Shown one piece after another: positions 1 through 11,881 of a DNA stretch of 64,000 nt. The stretch is from an uncultured Acidobacteriota bacterium. Its GTDB lineage: Bacteria > Acidobacteriota > Vicinamibacteria > Vicinamibacterales > CAVVIG01. Both the position numbers and the translations under genes were made by a program. The DNA is taken from the NCBI GenBank assembly GCA_963748265.1, contig CAVVIG010000009.1, forward strand, positions 332,661 through 396,660, in the 5' to 3' direction. The notes beneath the pieces were generated by a model. It was given only the letters and a program-made list of their open reading frames with translations, was not told where the DNA came from and did no database searches. Every line of letters begins with the position of its first letter. Position 1 is the first letter of the stretch.

Positions 1-971
1 GCGAGCTCGCGGAGCCGTTGATCGAAGTGCCGCCCGACGCGGCCGACGTGCGAGAGCAGGCCGCCGCCGACCAGCTCGTCGATGAAGCAGATCGCCGCCC
101 GGCACGCCAGGAGGTTGCCACCGTACGTCGTGCCGTGATCGCCGGGCGAGACCTTCGCGGCGACCTCGCCGCTGACGAGCGTGGCGCCCACCGGCACGCC
201 CGCGCCGAGGGCCTTGCCGAGCGCCATCAGCTGCGGCTTCAGGCCGATGGCGGCCGAGTAGAACGGATAGCCGGTGCGGCCGCACCCCGACTGCACTTCA
301 TCGGCGATGAGGAGCGCGCCGGTCCGTGCGCACGCATCGTTCACCGCCGCCGCGAACGCTGGCGTGAGCGGTCGGACACCGCCTTCGCCCTGGATCGGCT
401 CGACGATGATCGCCGCTGTGTTCGACGTGACCGCTTCGGCAACGGCCGCCGGCCGGCTCGCGGAAATCCATTTCACGCCGCCGAGCAGCGGCTCGAACGG
501 TGCGCGGTAGTGCTCGTCCGAGGTGACCGACAGCGAACCGATCGTGCGGCCGTGGAACGACTCCTCGAGCGCGACGATCTCAGTGCGCGTCTCCTTCAGC
601 GTGTGCCAGTAACGGCGCGCGAACTTGAGGCACGCCTCGATCGCCTCGGTGCCGCTGTTGCAGAAGAACGCGCGCTCGAGGCCCGACAGGTTCGTCAGCC
701 GCTCGGCAAGCTGCCCCTGGAGCGGGTGGAAGAACAGGTTCGACGTGTGGATCAGCGTCTGTGCCTGCTCCGTGATCGCACGCGTCAGTCCCTCGTGGGC
801 ATGGCCGAGCGAGGCCACGCCGATGCCGGACAGCAGGTCGATGTACTCCCGCCCCTCCACGTCGAAGAGCCGGACGCCCTTGCCGCGGACGAACGTGACC
901 GGCTGGCGGCGGTACGTCTGCAGGACGTGCCGCGTTTCCAACGTTCGAATGTCGTCAGCCACCAAGGTCAT
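1..971 (-). CDS. argD: Acetylornithine aminotransferase (class III PLP aminotransferase); C-terminal part lies beyond the window
   Basis: Own reverse-strand translation from the ATG (rc of 969-971): MTLVADDIRTLETRHVLQTYRRQPVTFVRGKGVRLFDVEGREYIDLLSGIGVASLGHAH...FFCNSGTEAIEA...IADEVQSGCGRTG...GDHGTTYGGN. It is absent from the ORF track because there is no stop inside the window. It sits next to argB/argC. Confidence 0.85.
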   Translation of the reverse strand, partial: MTLVADDIRTLETRHVLQTYRRQPVTFVRGKGVRLFDVEGREYIDLLSGIGVASLGHAHEGLTRAITEQAQTLIHTSNLFFHPLQGQLAERLTNLSGLERAFFCNSGTEAIEACLKFARRYWHTLKETRTEIVALEESFHGRTIGSLSVTSDEHYRAPFEPLLGGVKWISASRPAAVAEAVTSNTAAIIVEPIQGEGGVRPLTPAFAAAVNDACARTGALLIADEVQSGCGRTGYPFYSAAIGLKPQLMALGKALGAGVPVGATLVSGEVAAKVSPGDHGTTYGGNLLACRAAICFIDELVGGGLLSHVGRVGRHFDQRLREL

Positions 972-1074
972 GATCGCTCGCTCCATCCCCGGCGGATTGC
1001 CGGAACCTGGGAATACCTGCCGGCCTGGGCCGGACACCGTCACCTGCTGTACGTGCTGGATACTCGGGCTGGTA

Positions 1075-1911
1075 TTAAGGGCGCGTCGACGGGGCCGGTG
1101 CCGGCACCAACCTGGTCGCCTTCGCGGGTGCCGCGTCGAGCGCAGCCGCCTCCAGGGCCGCAGCGTCGCGGCCGTCCACGATCGTCACGTCGCCGACGCC
1201 GCTCGCCAGCGCCTCGTCGCACGCGCGCAGCTTCGCGATCATGCCTGCCGTCGCGGTACCGCTGCCAATCAATCGAGCGATGCCCTCCGGATCGACCTCC
1301 GCCACGGTGCGGCCATCGCCGTCGAGCACGCCAGGCGTGGTGCCGGCGATGACCAGGCGGCGCGCGCGCAGACGCGCAGCGAGGTGGCCGGCGAACGTGT
1401 CGGCGTTCACGTTGAACAGCCGGCCGTCGCCGCCGGCGCCGATGCAGGCCACGACCGGAACGAAGCCGCTGCCGGTCAGCGTGGAGAGGACCGACACGTC
1501 GGCGGCGTCGGTCGGGATGCCGACGCGGCCCAGATCCACGATGCGGCCGTCCACCGCATGATGCGGCGGCGCTGCGACGCTGAGCCCGCAGCCGCCATCC
1601 GCTCCGGTGAGGCCGACCGCGCGAACGCCCGACGCGTTCAACGCGGCCACGAACCGCGTGTTGACGGCGCCCGCGAGCACGCTCACCACGACGTCGAGCG
1701 TCGGCTCGTCGGTGATACGCAGCCCGTCCACCTGGCGCTTCTCGATGCCGGCCATCTTCAGCGCGGCATCGATCTCCTTGCCGCCGCCGTGCACGATCAC
1801 GAGCGGTACGCCGCGCGCGGCGATGCGGGCGACCGACGCCACGACCGACCGCAGCCGCGCGGCATCGTCCAGCAGCTCGCCGCCGAACTTGAGAACGATC
1901 GAGCTGCTCAC
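1075..1911 (-). CDS. argB: Acetylglutamate kinase
   Basis: Track ORF of 278 aa: LKFGGELL...VIVHGGGKEID...FNVNADTFAGHLA...TATAGMIAKL. These are typical amino-acid-kinase/ArgB motifs. It overlaps the argC stop by 4 nt. Confidence 0.9.
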   Translation of the reverse strand: MSSSIVLKFGGELLDDAARLRSVVASVARIAARGVPLVIVHGGGKEIDAALKMAGIEKRQVDGLRITDEPTLDVVVSVLAGAVNTRFVAALNASGVRAVGLTGADGGCGLSVAAPPHHAVDGRIVDLGRVGIPTDAADVSVLSTLTGSGFVPVVACIGAGGDGRLFNVNADTFAGHLAARLRARRLVIAGTTPGVLDGDGRTVAEVDPEGIARLIGSGTATAGMIAKLRACDEALASGVGDVTIVDGRDAAALEAAALDAAPAKATRLVPAPAPSTRP

Positions 1912-2945
1912 AGCAGGCCTGCCGATTCAGGCACGCCGAGCATGACGTTCATGTTCTGCACGGCCTGCCCGGAGGCGCCTTTCAGCAGGTTGTCGATTAC
2001 GGACACGATGACGACGCGGCCCGAGGCGTCCACTCGCCAGCCGATGTCGCAGAAGTTCGTGTGCGCGACATGCTTGATCTCCGGCAGCGCCGATCCGGCG
2101 ACGCGCACGAACGTGGCGTCGCGGTACGCCGCCTCGTAGATGTCGCCGAGCGCCTCTTCGGTCGTCCCCGGCGCCACGCGCACGTAGATGGTGGCCAGGA
2201 TGCCCCGATCAAGCGGCACGAGGTGCGGCGTGAAGGTGACGGGTCCGCCGAATCCCTGCTCGATCTCCGCGCCGTGCCGATGGCCGAGCACGCCGTACGC
2301 CGACAGGCTTCCGTGCACCTCGGAGAAGTGCGTGCGTTCCGTCGGCGTCTTGCCCGCGCCCGAGACGCCAGACTTCGCGTCGACGATCACGTCGGCAGTC
2401 GGCAGCAGGACGCCGGCGTCGACGAGCGGCTTCAGCGCGAGCAGCGAGGCGGTCGGATAACACCCGGGGTTGGCGACCAGGCGCGCGCGGGCGACCTCGG
2501 GGCGCGCGAACTCGGTGAGGCCGTACGCGAGATGGTCCGGCAGGTCGTGCGTCTCCGGGTACCAGCGTGCGCGCAGCGCCGCGTCGCGGAGCCGGAAAGC
2601 GCCGGACAGATCGATGACGCGTACGCCGGCGTCGACGAGTCGCGGTGCGAGCTCGGCGGCGACGGCGTCAGGCAGCGCGAGAAAGACCAGCTCCGCCTCG
2701 TTCGCGAGGGCAACCGGATCGAGCGGCACAATCGCACCGGTCCAGATGCGCGCGAGCGCGGGCAGCCGCCGCGCAGCCGTGGCCCCCGACGAGGTGGCCG
2801 CCGCAATGCTGACATGCGGATGCCGCGCCAGCAGCCGGAGCAGCTCCTGGCCCGTGTAGCCGGTAGCGCCCGCGATCGCCACGCGCGTGCGGCCCGCCGC
2901 CGTCGTCTCCGGCCGTGCCGCCTCTGTGCCAGGATGGGTATGCAT
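1908..2945 (-). CDS. argC: N-acetyl-gamma-glutamyl-phosphate reductase
   Basis: Track ORF 1908-2972: VAIAGATGYTGQELLRLL...NPGCYPT...VIDNLLKGASGQAVQNMN. The likely start is the ATG at 2945 (MHTHPG...) rather than 2972. Confidence 0.9.
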   Translation of the reverse strand: MHTHPGTEAARPETTAAGRTRVAIAGATGYTGQELLRLLARHPHVSIAAATSSGATAARRLPALARIWTGAIVPLDPVALANEAELVFLALPDAVAAELAPRLVDAGVRVIDLSGAFRLRDAALRARWYPETHDLPDHLAYGLTEFARPEVARARLVANPGCYPTASLLALKPLVDAGVLLPTADVIVDAKSGVSGAGKTPTERTHFSEVHGSLSAYGVLGHRHGAEIEQGFGGPVTFTPHLVPLDRGILATIYVRVAPGTTEEALGDIYEAAYRDATFVRVAGSALPEIKHVAHTNFCDIGWRVDASGRVVIVSVIDNLLKGASGQAVQNMNVMLGVPESAGLL

Positions 2946-3074
2946 CAGAAAGAATAAATATACAGGAGACAACGGGTTCGATCAATGAAAATCGATGTAT
3001 AAACGTCGCGACGATATGCAGGAATCGTGTATGCTGGGTTCCACTCCACGCCGGAGCGAGCGCACCCCGACACC
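2946..3074. promoter_or_regulatory. AT-rich divergent argC/argR control region with ARG-box-like sequences
   Basis: This 129-bp spacer is markedly AT-rich for the genome. AGAATAAATATACA (2951-2964) matches 10 of the 14 core positions (TGAATAAAAATTCA) of the E. coli ARG box consensus TNTGAATWWWWATTCANW. Further A/T-rich half-site-like runs follow (AATGAAAATCGATGTATAAA, 2984-3003). An argR gene lies immediately downstream. Confidence 0.35.
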
Positions 3075-3527
3075 ATGAAATCCCGCCGCCAGGGCGCCAT
3101 TCTCGAGATCGTCGATCGCGAGCCGCTGCACAGCCAGGAACAGCTGCGCCGCCGGCTGCTCCACTCAGGGTTCGAAGCAACCCAGGCGACGATCTCGCGC
3201 GACATCAAGGAGCTCGGCCTGGTCAAACGCGCCGGAGACGGTGCCTACCAGCGGCCGGGCGTCACGACCGCCAGCCCCGAGATGGCGCTCAACGCGCTGG
3301 CGCACGCCGCGTCCGAATACGTGCACCGCGTGGAGCGCGTGCAGCAGCTGCTCGTCATCAGGACCGGCGCCGGGCAGGCGCAGGCGCTTGCGCACGCCAT
3401 CGACGGTGCGCGGCTGCCCGAAGCGGTCGGCACGATCGCAGGCGACGACACGATCCTCGTCATCACGAAAGACACCCGCCGGGCGGGTTCGCTCATCAAG
3501 CGGCTCGAGTCGCTGGCCGGTCTCTGA
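3075..3527 (+). CDS. argR: Arginine repressor
   Basis: MKSRRQGAILEIVDREPLHSQEQLRRRLLHSGFEATQATISRDIKELGLVK...GTIAGDDTILVI matches an ArgR winged-helix N-domain plus the GTIAGDDT oligomerisation/arginine-binding motif. The start is taken at ATG 3075 inside track ORF 3027-3527. Confidence 0.85.
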   Translation: MKSRRQGAILEIVDREPLHSQEQLRRRLLHSGFEATQATISRDIKELGLVKRAGDGAYQRPGVTTASPEMALNALAHAASEYVHRVERVQQLLVIRTGAGQAQALAHAIDGARLPEAVGTIAGDDTILVITKDTRRAGSLIKRLESLAGL

Positions 3528-4564
3528 TGCGCATCGTGCTCGCCTATTCGGGCAGCGTCGAGTGCTCCGCCGCGCTCGCGTGGCTGCGCCAGGAGCGGGG
3601 CGCGGAAGTGGTCGCCGTCACCGTGGACCTCGGCCAGGGGCGCGAGCTCGAGACCATTCGCGATCATGCGCTGGCGCTCGGCGCGCAGCGCGCGCACGTG
3701 CTCGACACCCGCGAGCGGTTCGCGCAGCGGTACGTCGTGCCTGCCCTGAAGGCCGACGCGCTCCATGACGGCCTCGCGCCGATGGGGCTCGCGCTCAGCC
3801 GGCCGGCCATCGCCGAACGCGTGGTGGAGATCGCCGGGATCGAGCGCGCCGACGCGGTCGCGCACGCTGGCGCCTCCGGGACCTCGCGGCTCGATCGCCT
3901 GCTTCGCAGTCTCGCGCCGGCCCTCGACGTCGTGCGGCCGGTCCAATCGTGGAGTCTGACGCCGGACGAGCTCGCAAGCTTTGCCCGTACGCACGGGCTG
4001 CTGCCGACCGCGGGGCTCGAGTCGCAGGCGAGCCTGTGGGGACGCTACGTCGCGTGCGGCGCGTCGGAACCGGTTCCGCCGCCCAGGTCCGAGCGCGACT
4101 GCCCTGAGGAGCCGGCGATCGTCGACATCGCATTCGAGGCCGGCGTACCGACGGCGCTGAACGGTGTCGCCCTCCCGCTGCTCGAGCTCTTTGCGAGCGT
4201 GGACACCCTGGCCGCCACGCACGGCGTCGGCCGGATCGAACTCGAGGACCTGGTGTGCGACGCGCCCGCTGCGGTGCTGCTGCACACCGCCCATCGCGCG
4301 CTCACGCGCGCTGCGGCGACAGGCGACCTCGAGCCGCTGGCGCGCCCGGTCCAGGGGGCATACGCATCGCTCGTCGACGAGGGGCGCTGGTTCTCGCCGC
4401 TGCGCGAGGCGCTCGATGCATACTTGGCGGTCGTCCAGCAGCGCGTCACCGGTCATGTGCGTTTGCGGCTGCTCAAAGGCACGCACACGACCCTTGCCAC
4501 TCACGTTACGGAGCCGTCGGACCGCCGCCCGTCGGTCGCCGCTCCATTGCCAGCACGGAAGTAA
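3527..4564 (+). CDS. argG: Argininosuccinate-synthase-like protein, divergent (degenerate PP-loop)
   Basis: MRIVLAYSGSVECSAALAWL...VVAVTVDLGQG...HGVGRIELEDLV...VTGHVRLRLLKG is collinear with ArgG, at 345 aa. Its ATG overlaps the argR stop (TGATG), and it occupies the argG slot between argR and argH. The canonical AYSGGLDTS and HGATGKGNDQ motifs are replaced (see findings). Confidence 0.65.
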   Translation: MRIVLAYSGSVECSAALAWLRQERGAEVVAVTVDLGQGRELETIRDHALALGAQRAHVLDTRERFAQRYVVPALKADALHDGLAPMGLALSRPAIAERVVEIAGIERADAVAHAGASGTSRLDRLLRSLAPALDVVRPVQSWSLTPDELASFARTHGLLPTAGLESQASLWGRYVACGASEPVPPPRSERDCPEEPAIVDIAFEAGVPTALNGVALPLLELFASVDTLAATHGVGRIELEDLVCDAPAAVLLHTAHRALTRAAATGDLEPLARPVQGAYASLVDEGRWFSPLREALDAYLAVVQQRVTGHVRLRLLKGTHTTLATHVTEPSDRRPSVAAPLPARK

Positions 4565-5956
4565 TGACAACTCTGTGGTCGGGTCGATTCGATCAGGCGC
4601 CGGACGCCGCGGCGTTCGAGTGGGGATCTTCGTTCAGCTTCGATCGACGCCTGTTCGAGGACGATGTGACCGGGAGCCTCGCGTGGGCTCGGGCGCTCGT
4701 CGGCGCCGGGGTGCTCTCCGAGGCCGAATCGCACGATATCCAGGAGGCGCTCACGGCCATGCTGGAGCGCGCGCGGCAGGACCCGGGGTTCGTGAACGGG
4801 CCCGACGAGGACGTGCACAGCTTCGTGGAGCGGCTGCTCGTCGAGCGCCTCGGCGACACGGGCAAGCGTCTGCATACAGGACGGTCGCGCAATGAGCAGG
4901 TGTCGCTCGACCTGCGGCTGTACCTCCGGCGCCGCATCCCGGCGCTGCAGGCTGCCGTCGCCGCGATCGTCGCCGCGCTGACGCGGCAGGCGCGCGCCGC
5001 GGGCGATGCGCTGATGCCGTCCTACACGCATTTCCGACCGGCGCAGCCGGTGCTCGTCGCGCACTTCTTGCTGGCGCATGCCGCGCCACTGCGCCGGGAT
5101 CACGAACGGCTCGCGATGGCCAGCCGCGAGGCTGACGCGCTGCCGCTCGGATCGGGTGCGATTGCCGGCACGAGCTACCCCGTCGACACCGCCGCCCTCG
5201 CGCGCGACCTTGGCTTCGACCGCGTGGTCGCCAACAGCATCGACGCTTCGTCGGATCGCGACTTTGCCGCGACATTCCTCTACGCGTGCGCGATGACGAT
5301 GGTGCACTTCAGCCGGCTGGCCGAGGACCTCATCATCCTGTGCGGCGACGAACACCGCTTCTTCGAGCTCTCCGACGCGCTCAGTACCGGCAGCAGCATG
5401 ATGCCGCAGAAGAAGAACCCGGATCCGCTCGAGCTCGTGCGCGGGAAGACCGGGCGGGCCCTCGGCCAGCCTCCTGGCCCTCCTTACGACCATGAAAGGG
5501 TTGCCGAGTGGATACAACAAGGACCTCCAGGAGGACAAGCACGCGGTGTTCGATGCGGAGGACACGCTCGACGGGCTGCGCTGACGGTCGTGACAGCGGT
5601 CGTCGACGGCCTTTCGCTGAACCGCGACCGCGCGGCGGCGGCGGCATCCGGCTTGCTCCTGGCCACCGACGTTGCGGACTACCTGGTCGGACGCGGCGTG
5701 CCGTTCCGGCGCGCGCACGAGATCGTCGGCGCGCTGGTCCGGAAGCTCGTGGCCGAGCAGCGGGAGTTCGCGTCCCTGTCGCTCGACGAATGGCGCGCCG
5801 CCAGCGAGCTGTTCGACGCCGACGTCGTCGATCGCGTTACACGCCGCGGCGTCAGTGGCGGCCAAGCGGACGCCGCAGTCGACCGCACCGGAAGCCGTTC
5901 GAGAGGCCATCGAGGAGTCGGAGCGGTGGGTGTCGCGTGCGGGGGATGCGAGCTGA
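4564..5956 (+). CDS. argH: Argininosuccinate lyase; reading frame broken at least 3 times
   Basis: [14 protein letters not shown]...[10 protein letters not shown]...[11 protein letters not shown]...[24 protein letters not shown]. The frame then jumps: [30 protein letters not shown] lies in another frame near 5465, returns near 5580, and shifts again near 5850 to ...[23 protein letters not shown]. The ATG overlaps the argG stop (TAATG). Confidence 0.85.
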
Positions 5957-5980
5957 GGCGATTCTTGGTCAGCTCGACTA

Positions 5981-6010
5981 TTGCCAGTCGAAAGCGGGCT
6001 CTGTTAAGAT
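5981..6010 (+). promoter_or_regulatory. Candidate sigma-70-type promoter (TTGCCA-N18-TAAGAT)
   Basis: TTGCCA at 5981-5986 and TAAGAT at 6005-6010 sit in the argH/zinc-ribbon-gene spacer, about 60 nt upstream of the 6069/6072 start. This is pattern match only. Confidence 0.3.
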
Positions 6011-6068
6011 TCCGTAACGCCTTTCGCAATACCTTCCCCCGCCCGACGAGGATCCTTCGGGAGTTCTG

Positions 6069-6890
6069 TTGATGCAGCAGCGCCAGCCTCGGCTTGGTGA
6101 CATTCTGGACGACTACTGTCCGCGGGAACGCCGACTGACGAACCACGCGGTGGTCGCGATGATCGGTGACGAGGTGAAGCAGACACGGTGCACGACCTGC
6201 GACGCGGAGCACGAATACAAGCACGGCCAAGGTGCCACGGCCAGCGCAAGAAATCGGAGCAGTCCGCGCTGTATCCCAGGTGCTCGCAGGCGTGACGCCG
6301 AAGAAAGTCGCGCCGCCCGCGGCGCCGGTGACCGAGGCTGATGGCGCCGATGACAGCACCGAGCCGCTCGTCGTCAGCGAACCGCTCGCGCCAGCGACTC
6401 GCTCGCCGCCAGCGCGCCCGAAACGGAGATGCCGGCCGACACGGGCGTCGAGATCGATACGCTCTTTGATTTCCCCGACGACACCGACGAGCCGATCGAC
6501 GAGGAGCGCGAAGGGACGGGCGAAGAGGGTCCCGCGCACCGCCGCCTGATTCGTGCGCAGCTGCCGCGTCACGAAGGACAGGTATCGACGACCCGGCCGG
6601 CTCCCGACTTCACAATCCGTCAGCCGGCGAACGCGCGGCCGAACCGGTTCCGCCCGCGACACCAGAGGGCCGCTGGCGGCGGCGCCAGTTCCAGGGCAAT
6701 CGCGGCCCCGGAGGCCAGGGCGCCAACGGCAACGTGCGCGGAGGCCCGCCACGCCACGGCGGGCGGCCGCAGCCGGGAGGCCGGCCCGGCAATCGGCAGG
6801 GTGGCTCCGGCCGCAACCGGCCCAAGTAGCCCGGTTCGCGCGAACCTTCGGCCGGCGGTCGTTCGGCAGACCGCCCGTTCAGCACCAGCG
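6069..6890 (+). CDS. Hypothetical zinc-ribbon protein with long Pro/Ala/Arg-rich low-complexity tail; frameshifted, 3' end uncertain
   Basis: MMQQRQPRLGDILDDYCPRERRLTNHAVVAMIGDEVKQTRCTTCDAEHEYKHG contains a C-P-x-x...C-x-x-C motif. Continuation pieces lie in frames 6232-6549 and 6429 onward (EIDTLFDFPDDTDEPIDEERE...). No stop is resolvable before fabI. Confidence 0.4.
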
Positions 6891-6896
6891 ACTCAT

Positions 6897-8781
<1,885 letters not shown>

Positions 8782-8785
<4 letters not shown>

Positions 8786-10205
8786 GCGGCGACTCGGTGA
8801 TGCATAGCGCAGCGACCGTCGACGTTTACTCGGCTGAGACCCGACTCGAGGTGCGGACTAGGCGCGTTAACGGTCCGCCGTGGCTCGAGGCCGTACTCGC
8901 GCGATCTTCCGGTAGAGCGTGCCGCGGCTGATGTCGAGCACCCGGGCGGCTTCCTTCTTGTTCCAGCTGCACCGCCTCGAGCACGCGCATGATGTGCGCG
9001 CGTTCCGCTTCGGCAGCGACGGCAGCCGGTCGCCCGTGGCGGTGCGCGCCGGCGGCGCGAGGCGTGCAGGAACTCGATGTCGCTGGCGCGGATGACCGGC
9101 CCGGCGCCGACAGCGCGGCGCGCGACACGGTGCTTTCGAGCTCGCGGATGTTGCCGGGCCAGGGATACGTCAGCAGCTGGTCGAGGCGTCGCGCGCGAAC
9201 GCTCTTGGCGTCGAGCGGCAGGCCGTGGGCCGCGCAGTAGCGCGCGAGGAAGCGCTGCGCCAGCACCGGGATGTCGACCTGGCGCTCCCGCAGCGACGGC
9301 AGCCGGATCGCGAACGCGTTGACGCGGTAGTACAGGTCCTCGCGGAAGCGGCCGTCGCGCACGAACTGATCGAGCGGCCGGTTCGTCGCCGAGATCAGCC
9401 GGAAGTCGACCGAGATCGATCTGTTTCCGCCCAGCCGCTCGAACCGCCGCTCCTCGAGCACGCGCAGCAGCTTGGCCTGCGCGATGAGCGACATGTCGCC
9501 GATCTCGTCGAGGAACAGCGTGCCGTCGTTGGCGAGTTCGAGGCGGCCCGGCTTGCGGTCGTGCGCGCCGGTGAAGGCGCCCTTCTCGTAGCCGAAGATC
9601 TCGGACTCGAACAGCGTGTCGGGCAGCGCCGCGCAGTTGACTGCCTGGAACTTCGCCCTTTTCGCGCCGGCTCAACTCGTGGATCATCCGCGCGACGACT
9701 TCCTTGCCCGATCCGGTCGGGCCGAGGATCAGCACCGAGATGTCGGACTTGGCCGCCGTGCGGATCCACTCGAAGACGATCAGCATCTTCTCGTCGCGGC
9801 CGATCATCTCGCGGAAACGCTGGACGGACGGCGACTGATCCTCGCGTGCTGACCATGGCGCGCCGTTCGAGGAAGTTGTCGAGCAGCGCGCGGTCGCCTC
9901 GTCGGCCGGACGCGATGCGCTGTATTGCGGCGGGAGACCGGCCTCTGCGGTGCTGCGAATCAGGCCGAAGTCCACCAGCTCGCGCAGGCAGTTGTCGACG
10001 TCGAGGCGCAGGCGGCCGAACGCCTGCATCAGGGCCTCGACGTCGAACGCGTCGTCGGGGCGCGCGTTCAGGTAGCGGAGCAGGCCCGCACGCAGGGGCG
10101 ACTGCACGAGCGCGTGAAACCGCGCATCGGGGTCGCCCGGTCCCGTGGGGTGCCGCCGCCGCGCTGCCGCCGGCGCGCCGACGCGCGGAGCTGCGACTCG
10201 TCCAT
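8782..10205 (-). CDS. Sigma-54-dependent transcriptional activator (bacterial enhancer-binding protein, AAA+), non-receiver N-terminus; reading frame broken at least 4 times
   Basis: [20 protein letters not shown] (Walker A); [29 protein letters not shown] (GAFTGA loop, in the third frame); [49 protein letters not shown]...[25 protein letters not shown]...[12 protein letters not shown]; C-terminal HTH ...[27 protein letters not shown]. The N-terminal limit is uncertain (10107 or the ATG at 10205). Confidence 0.75.
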
Positions 10206-10207
10206 TT

Positions 10208-10606
10208 GTGTGCCGGTGTTATCGGCTTGAGGGGAGTCGGTCCCGACAGCGGCGAGTCGCCGGGCCGTCGCCCTTCGCGGTAGTACTCGGTCTGGTACTG
10301 CTCGATGAGCTCTTTCATCGCAATCGGCGTCGGCTTTGCGGTGCCCGTGGCAGCGGATCGGCGTTCGCGCCGCCGGTGGTCTCGATGAGCACGTGCGACA
10401 GCAGCGCGCCGGTGTCGATCTTGACCGAGGCGACGTGCGTGATGTGGATCGACTGTTCCTGCTGGCCGAACCACTGCGGCGTGTAGTGCACGACGCTGGT
10501 CGGCGTGATCAGCACCTGCGTCGGGAAGAGGCGGTTGCCCCGGCTGAGGCGGCTCGCGCGGAAGACGGCGCCCTGCGGCGAACGGACGCGCCTTGATGCT
10601 AGCCAT
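10208..10606 (-). CDS. Small bacterial PH-domain-like (bPH_2/YdbS-like) protein; frameshifted, boundaries uncertain
   Basis: MASIKARPF...RLFPTQVLITPTSVVHYTPQWFGQQEQSIHITHVASVKIDTGALLSHVLIETTGGANADPL..GHRKADADAIAMKELIEQY. This is a pattern-level resemblance only to membrane-associated bPH domains. Confidence 0.35.
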
Positions 10607-10727
10607 CAGCAGCCAGACAGCGCGAGCAGCGCGGCCAGGCCGCGCCAGAACCCACCACGAGCCGCTGACCGGTACTCGGCTCACGAGCGTCGATGTTAAG
10701 CTATTTGTCCATCAAGGAGACCGCATC

Positions 10728-11878
10728 GTGCCCCATCGTGCGCCAGGCGCGTCCGGCCGCCCGCAAGCCGTTCCTTTCGGGAAAGCCGATCACGCTACTA
10801 CCGCCCGACAGGCAGCCCGGAGGTCAAGCGCCTCATCGACGAAGGATTCCAGGCGTTCAACGCCGGGCGCCTGTCGGAGGCCTGCCAGATCTTCTCCGAG
10901 AAGATGCTGGACCCCGAGAACGACACGACCATCGGCCTCACCGTCGCCGGCGCGCTGACGCCCGCCGGGCCTCGGCGGCTGCGTCATCGAGCTGATGGAT
11001 CGCGGGCTGGTCGACTTCGTCATCTAGACCGGCGCGAACCTCTATCACGACCTGCACTACGCGCTGAACTTCACGCTGCGGCGCGGTTCGCCCGTTCCTC
11101 GACGACGTCGAGCTGTACGAGGAAGGCGTCATCCGCATCTACGACGTGCTCTTCCCGGCGACCGTGCTGCTCGAGACCGACGCGTACATCCGCGACTTCA
11201 TCGTGCGCTCGGGATTGAACGAGCCGATCGCCACGTCGGAGTTCCACTACCGCCTCGGGCAGGACCTGCTGGAGCGATCAGCCGGGCTGCGAGGAGTACT
11301 CGGTGGTGGCGCGCGCCGCGAAAGCCGGCGTGCCGATCTACACCTCGTCGCCCGGCGACAGCTCGATCGGCATGAACATCGCCTACCACGAGCTGATGAA
11401 CGACAGCCGGCTGATGATCGATCCCAACAAGGACGTCAACGAGATCTGCGCGATCGTGCTCGCCGGCAGCAGAACGGCTGCGTGATTCTCGGCGGCGGGT
11501 CGCCGAAGAACTTCTACCTGCAGGCGCAGCCTACGCTCTGGGAGGTCTACGGCATCCCGAAGGGCGGGCAACGATTACTTCATCCAGATCACGACCGACC
11601 AGGTGGTCTGGGGCGGACTGTCGGGCGCGACGCCGGCCGAAGCGGTGAGCTGGGGCAAGGTGAACCCGGGCGTGCTGCCCGACACCGTCGTCGCGTACTG
11701 CGACTCGACGATCGCGTTTCCGCTGTTCTGCGAGTACGCGGTCGGCGTCGCCGAATTCGGCGCCGCCCGCGGAAGGAACTCCTGCACAAGCGCGGCGAGC
11801 TGGTGGCGGCGCTCGTGCACCGAGGCCCGGGCCGCCGACGACGCAGCGGAAGGCGGCGGACGATCGGACGGAGCCTGA
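10728..11878 (+). CDS. Deoxyhypusine synthase-like protein (DHS/homospermidine-synthase family); reading frame broken at least 5 times
   Basis: Assembled pieces: EVKRLIDEGFQAFNAGRLSEACQIFSEKMLDPENDTTIGLTVAGALTPAG / LVDFVISTGANLYHDLHYAL / VLFPATVLLETDAYIRDF / VVARAAKAGVPIYTSSPGDSSIGMNIAYHEL / NGCVILGGGSPKNFYLQAQP / VVWGGLSGATPAEAVSWGKVNP...AYCDSTIAFPLF. An AAGGAG Shine-Dalgarno sequence sits 8 nt before GTG 10728. Confidence 0.7.
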
Positions 11879-11881
11879 TCG

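Noticed and set aside
18-2139. Long plus-strand ORFs (18-1352 at 444 aa; 625-2139 at 504 aa) overlapping argD/argB
   Set aside because: These are Arg/Ala/Pro-rich shadow ORFs, typical of the antisense strand in 70% GC DNA. The opposite strand encodes clearly recognisable ArgD and ArgB.
2970-2990. GGGTTCGATC, a tRNA T-arm-like string
   Set aside because: No acceptor, D or anticodon stems can be drawn around it. It lies in the AT-rich argC/argR spacer. No tRNA gene was found in the window.
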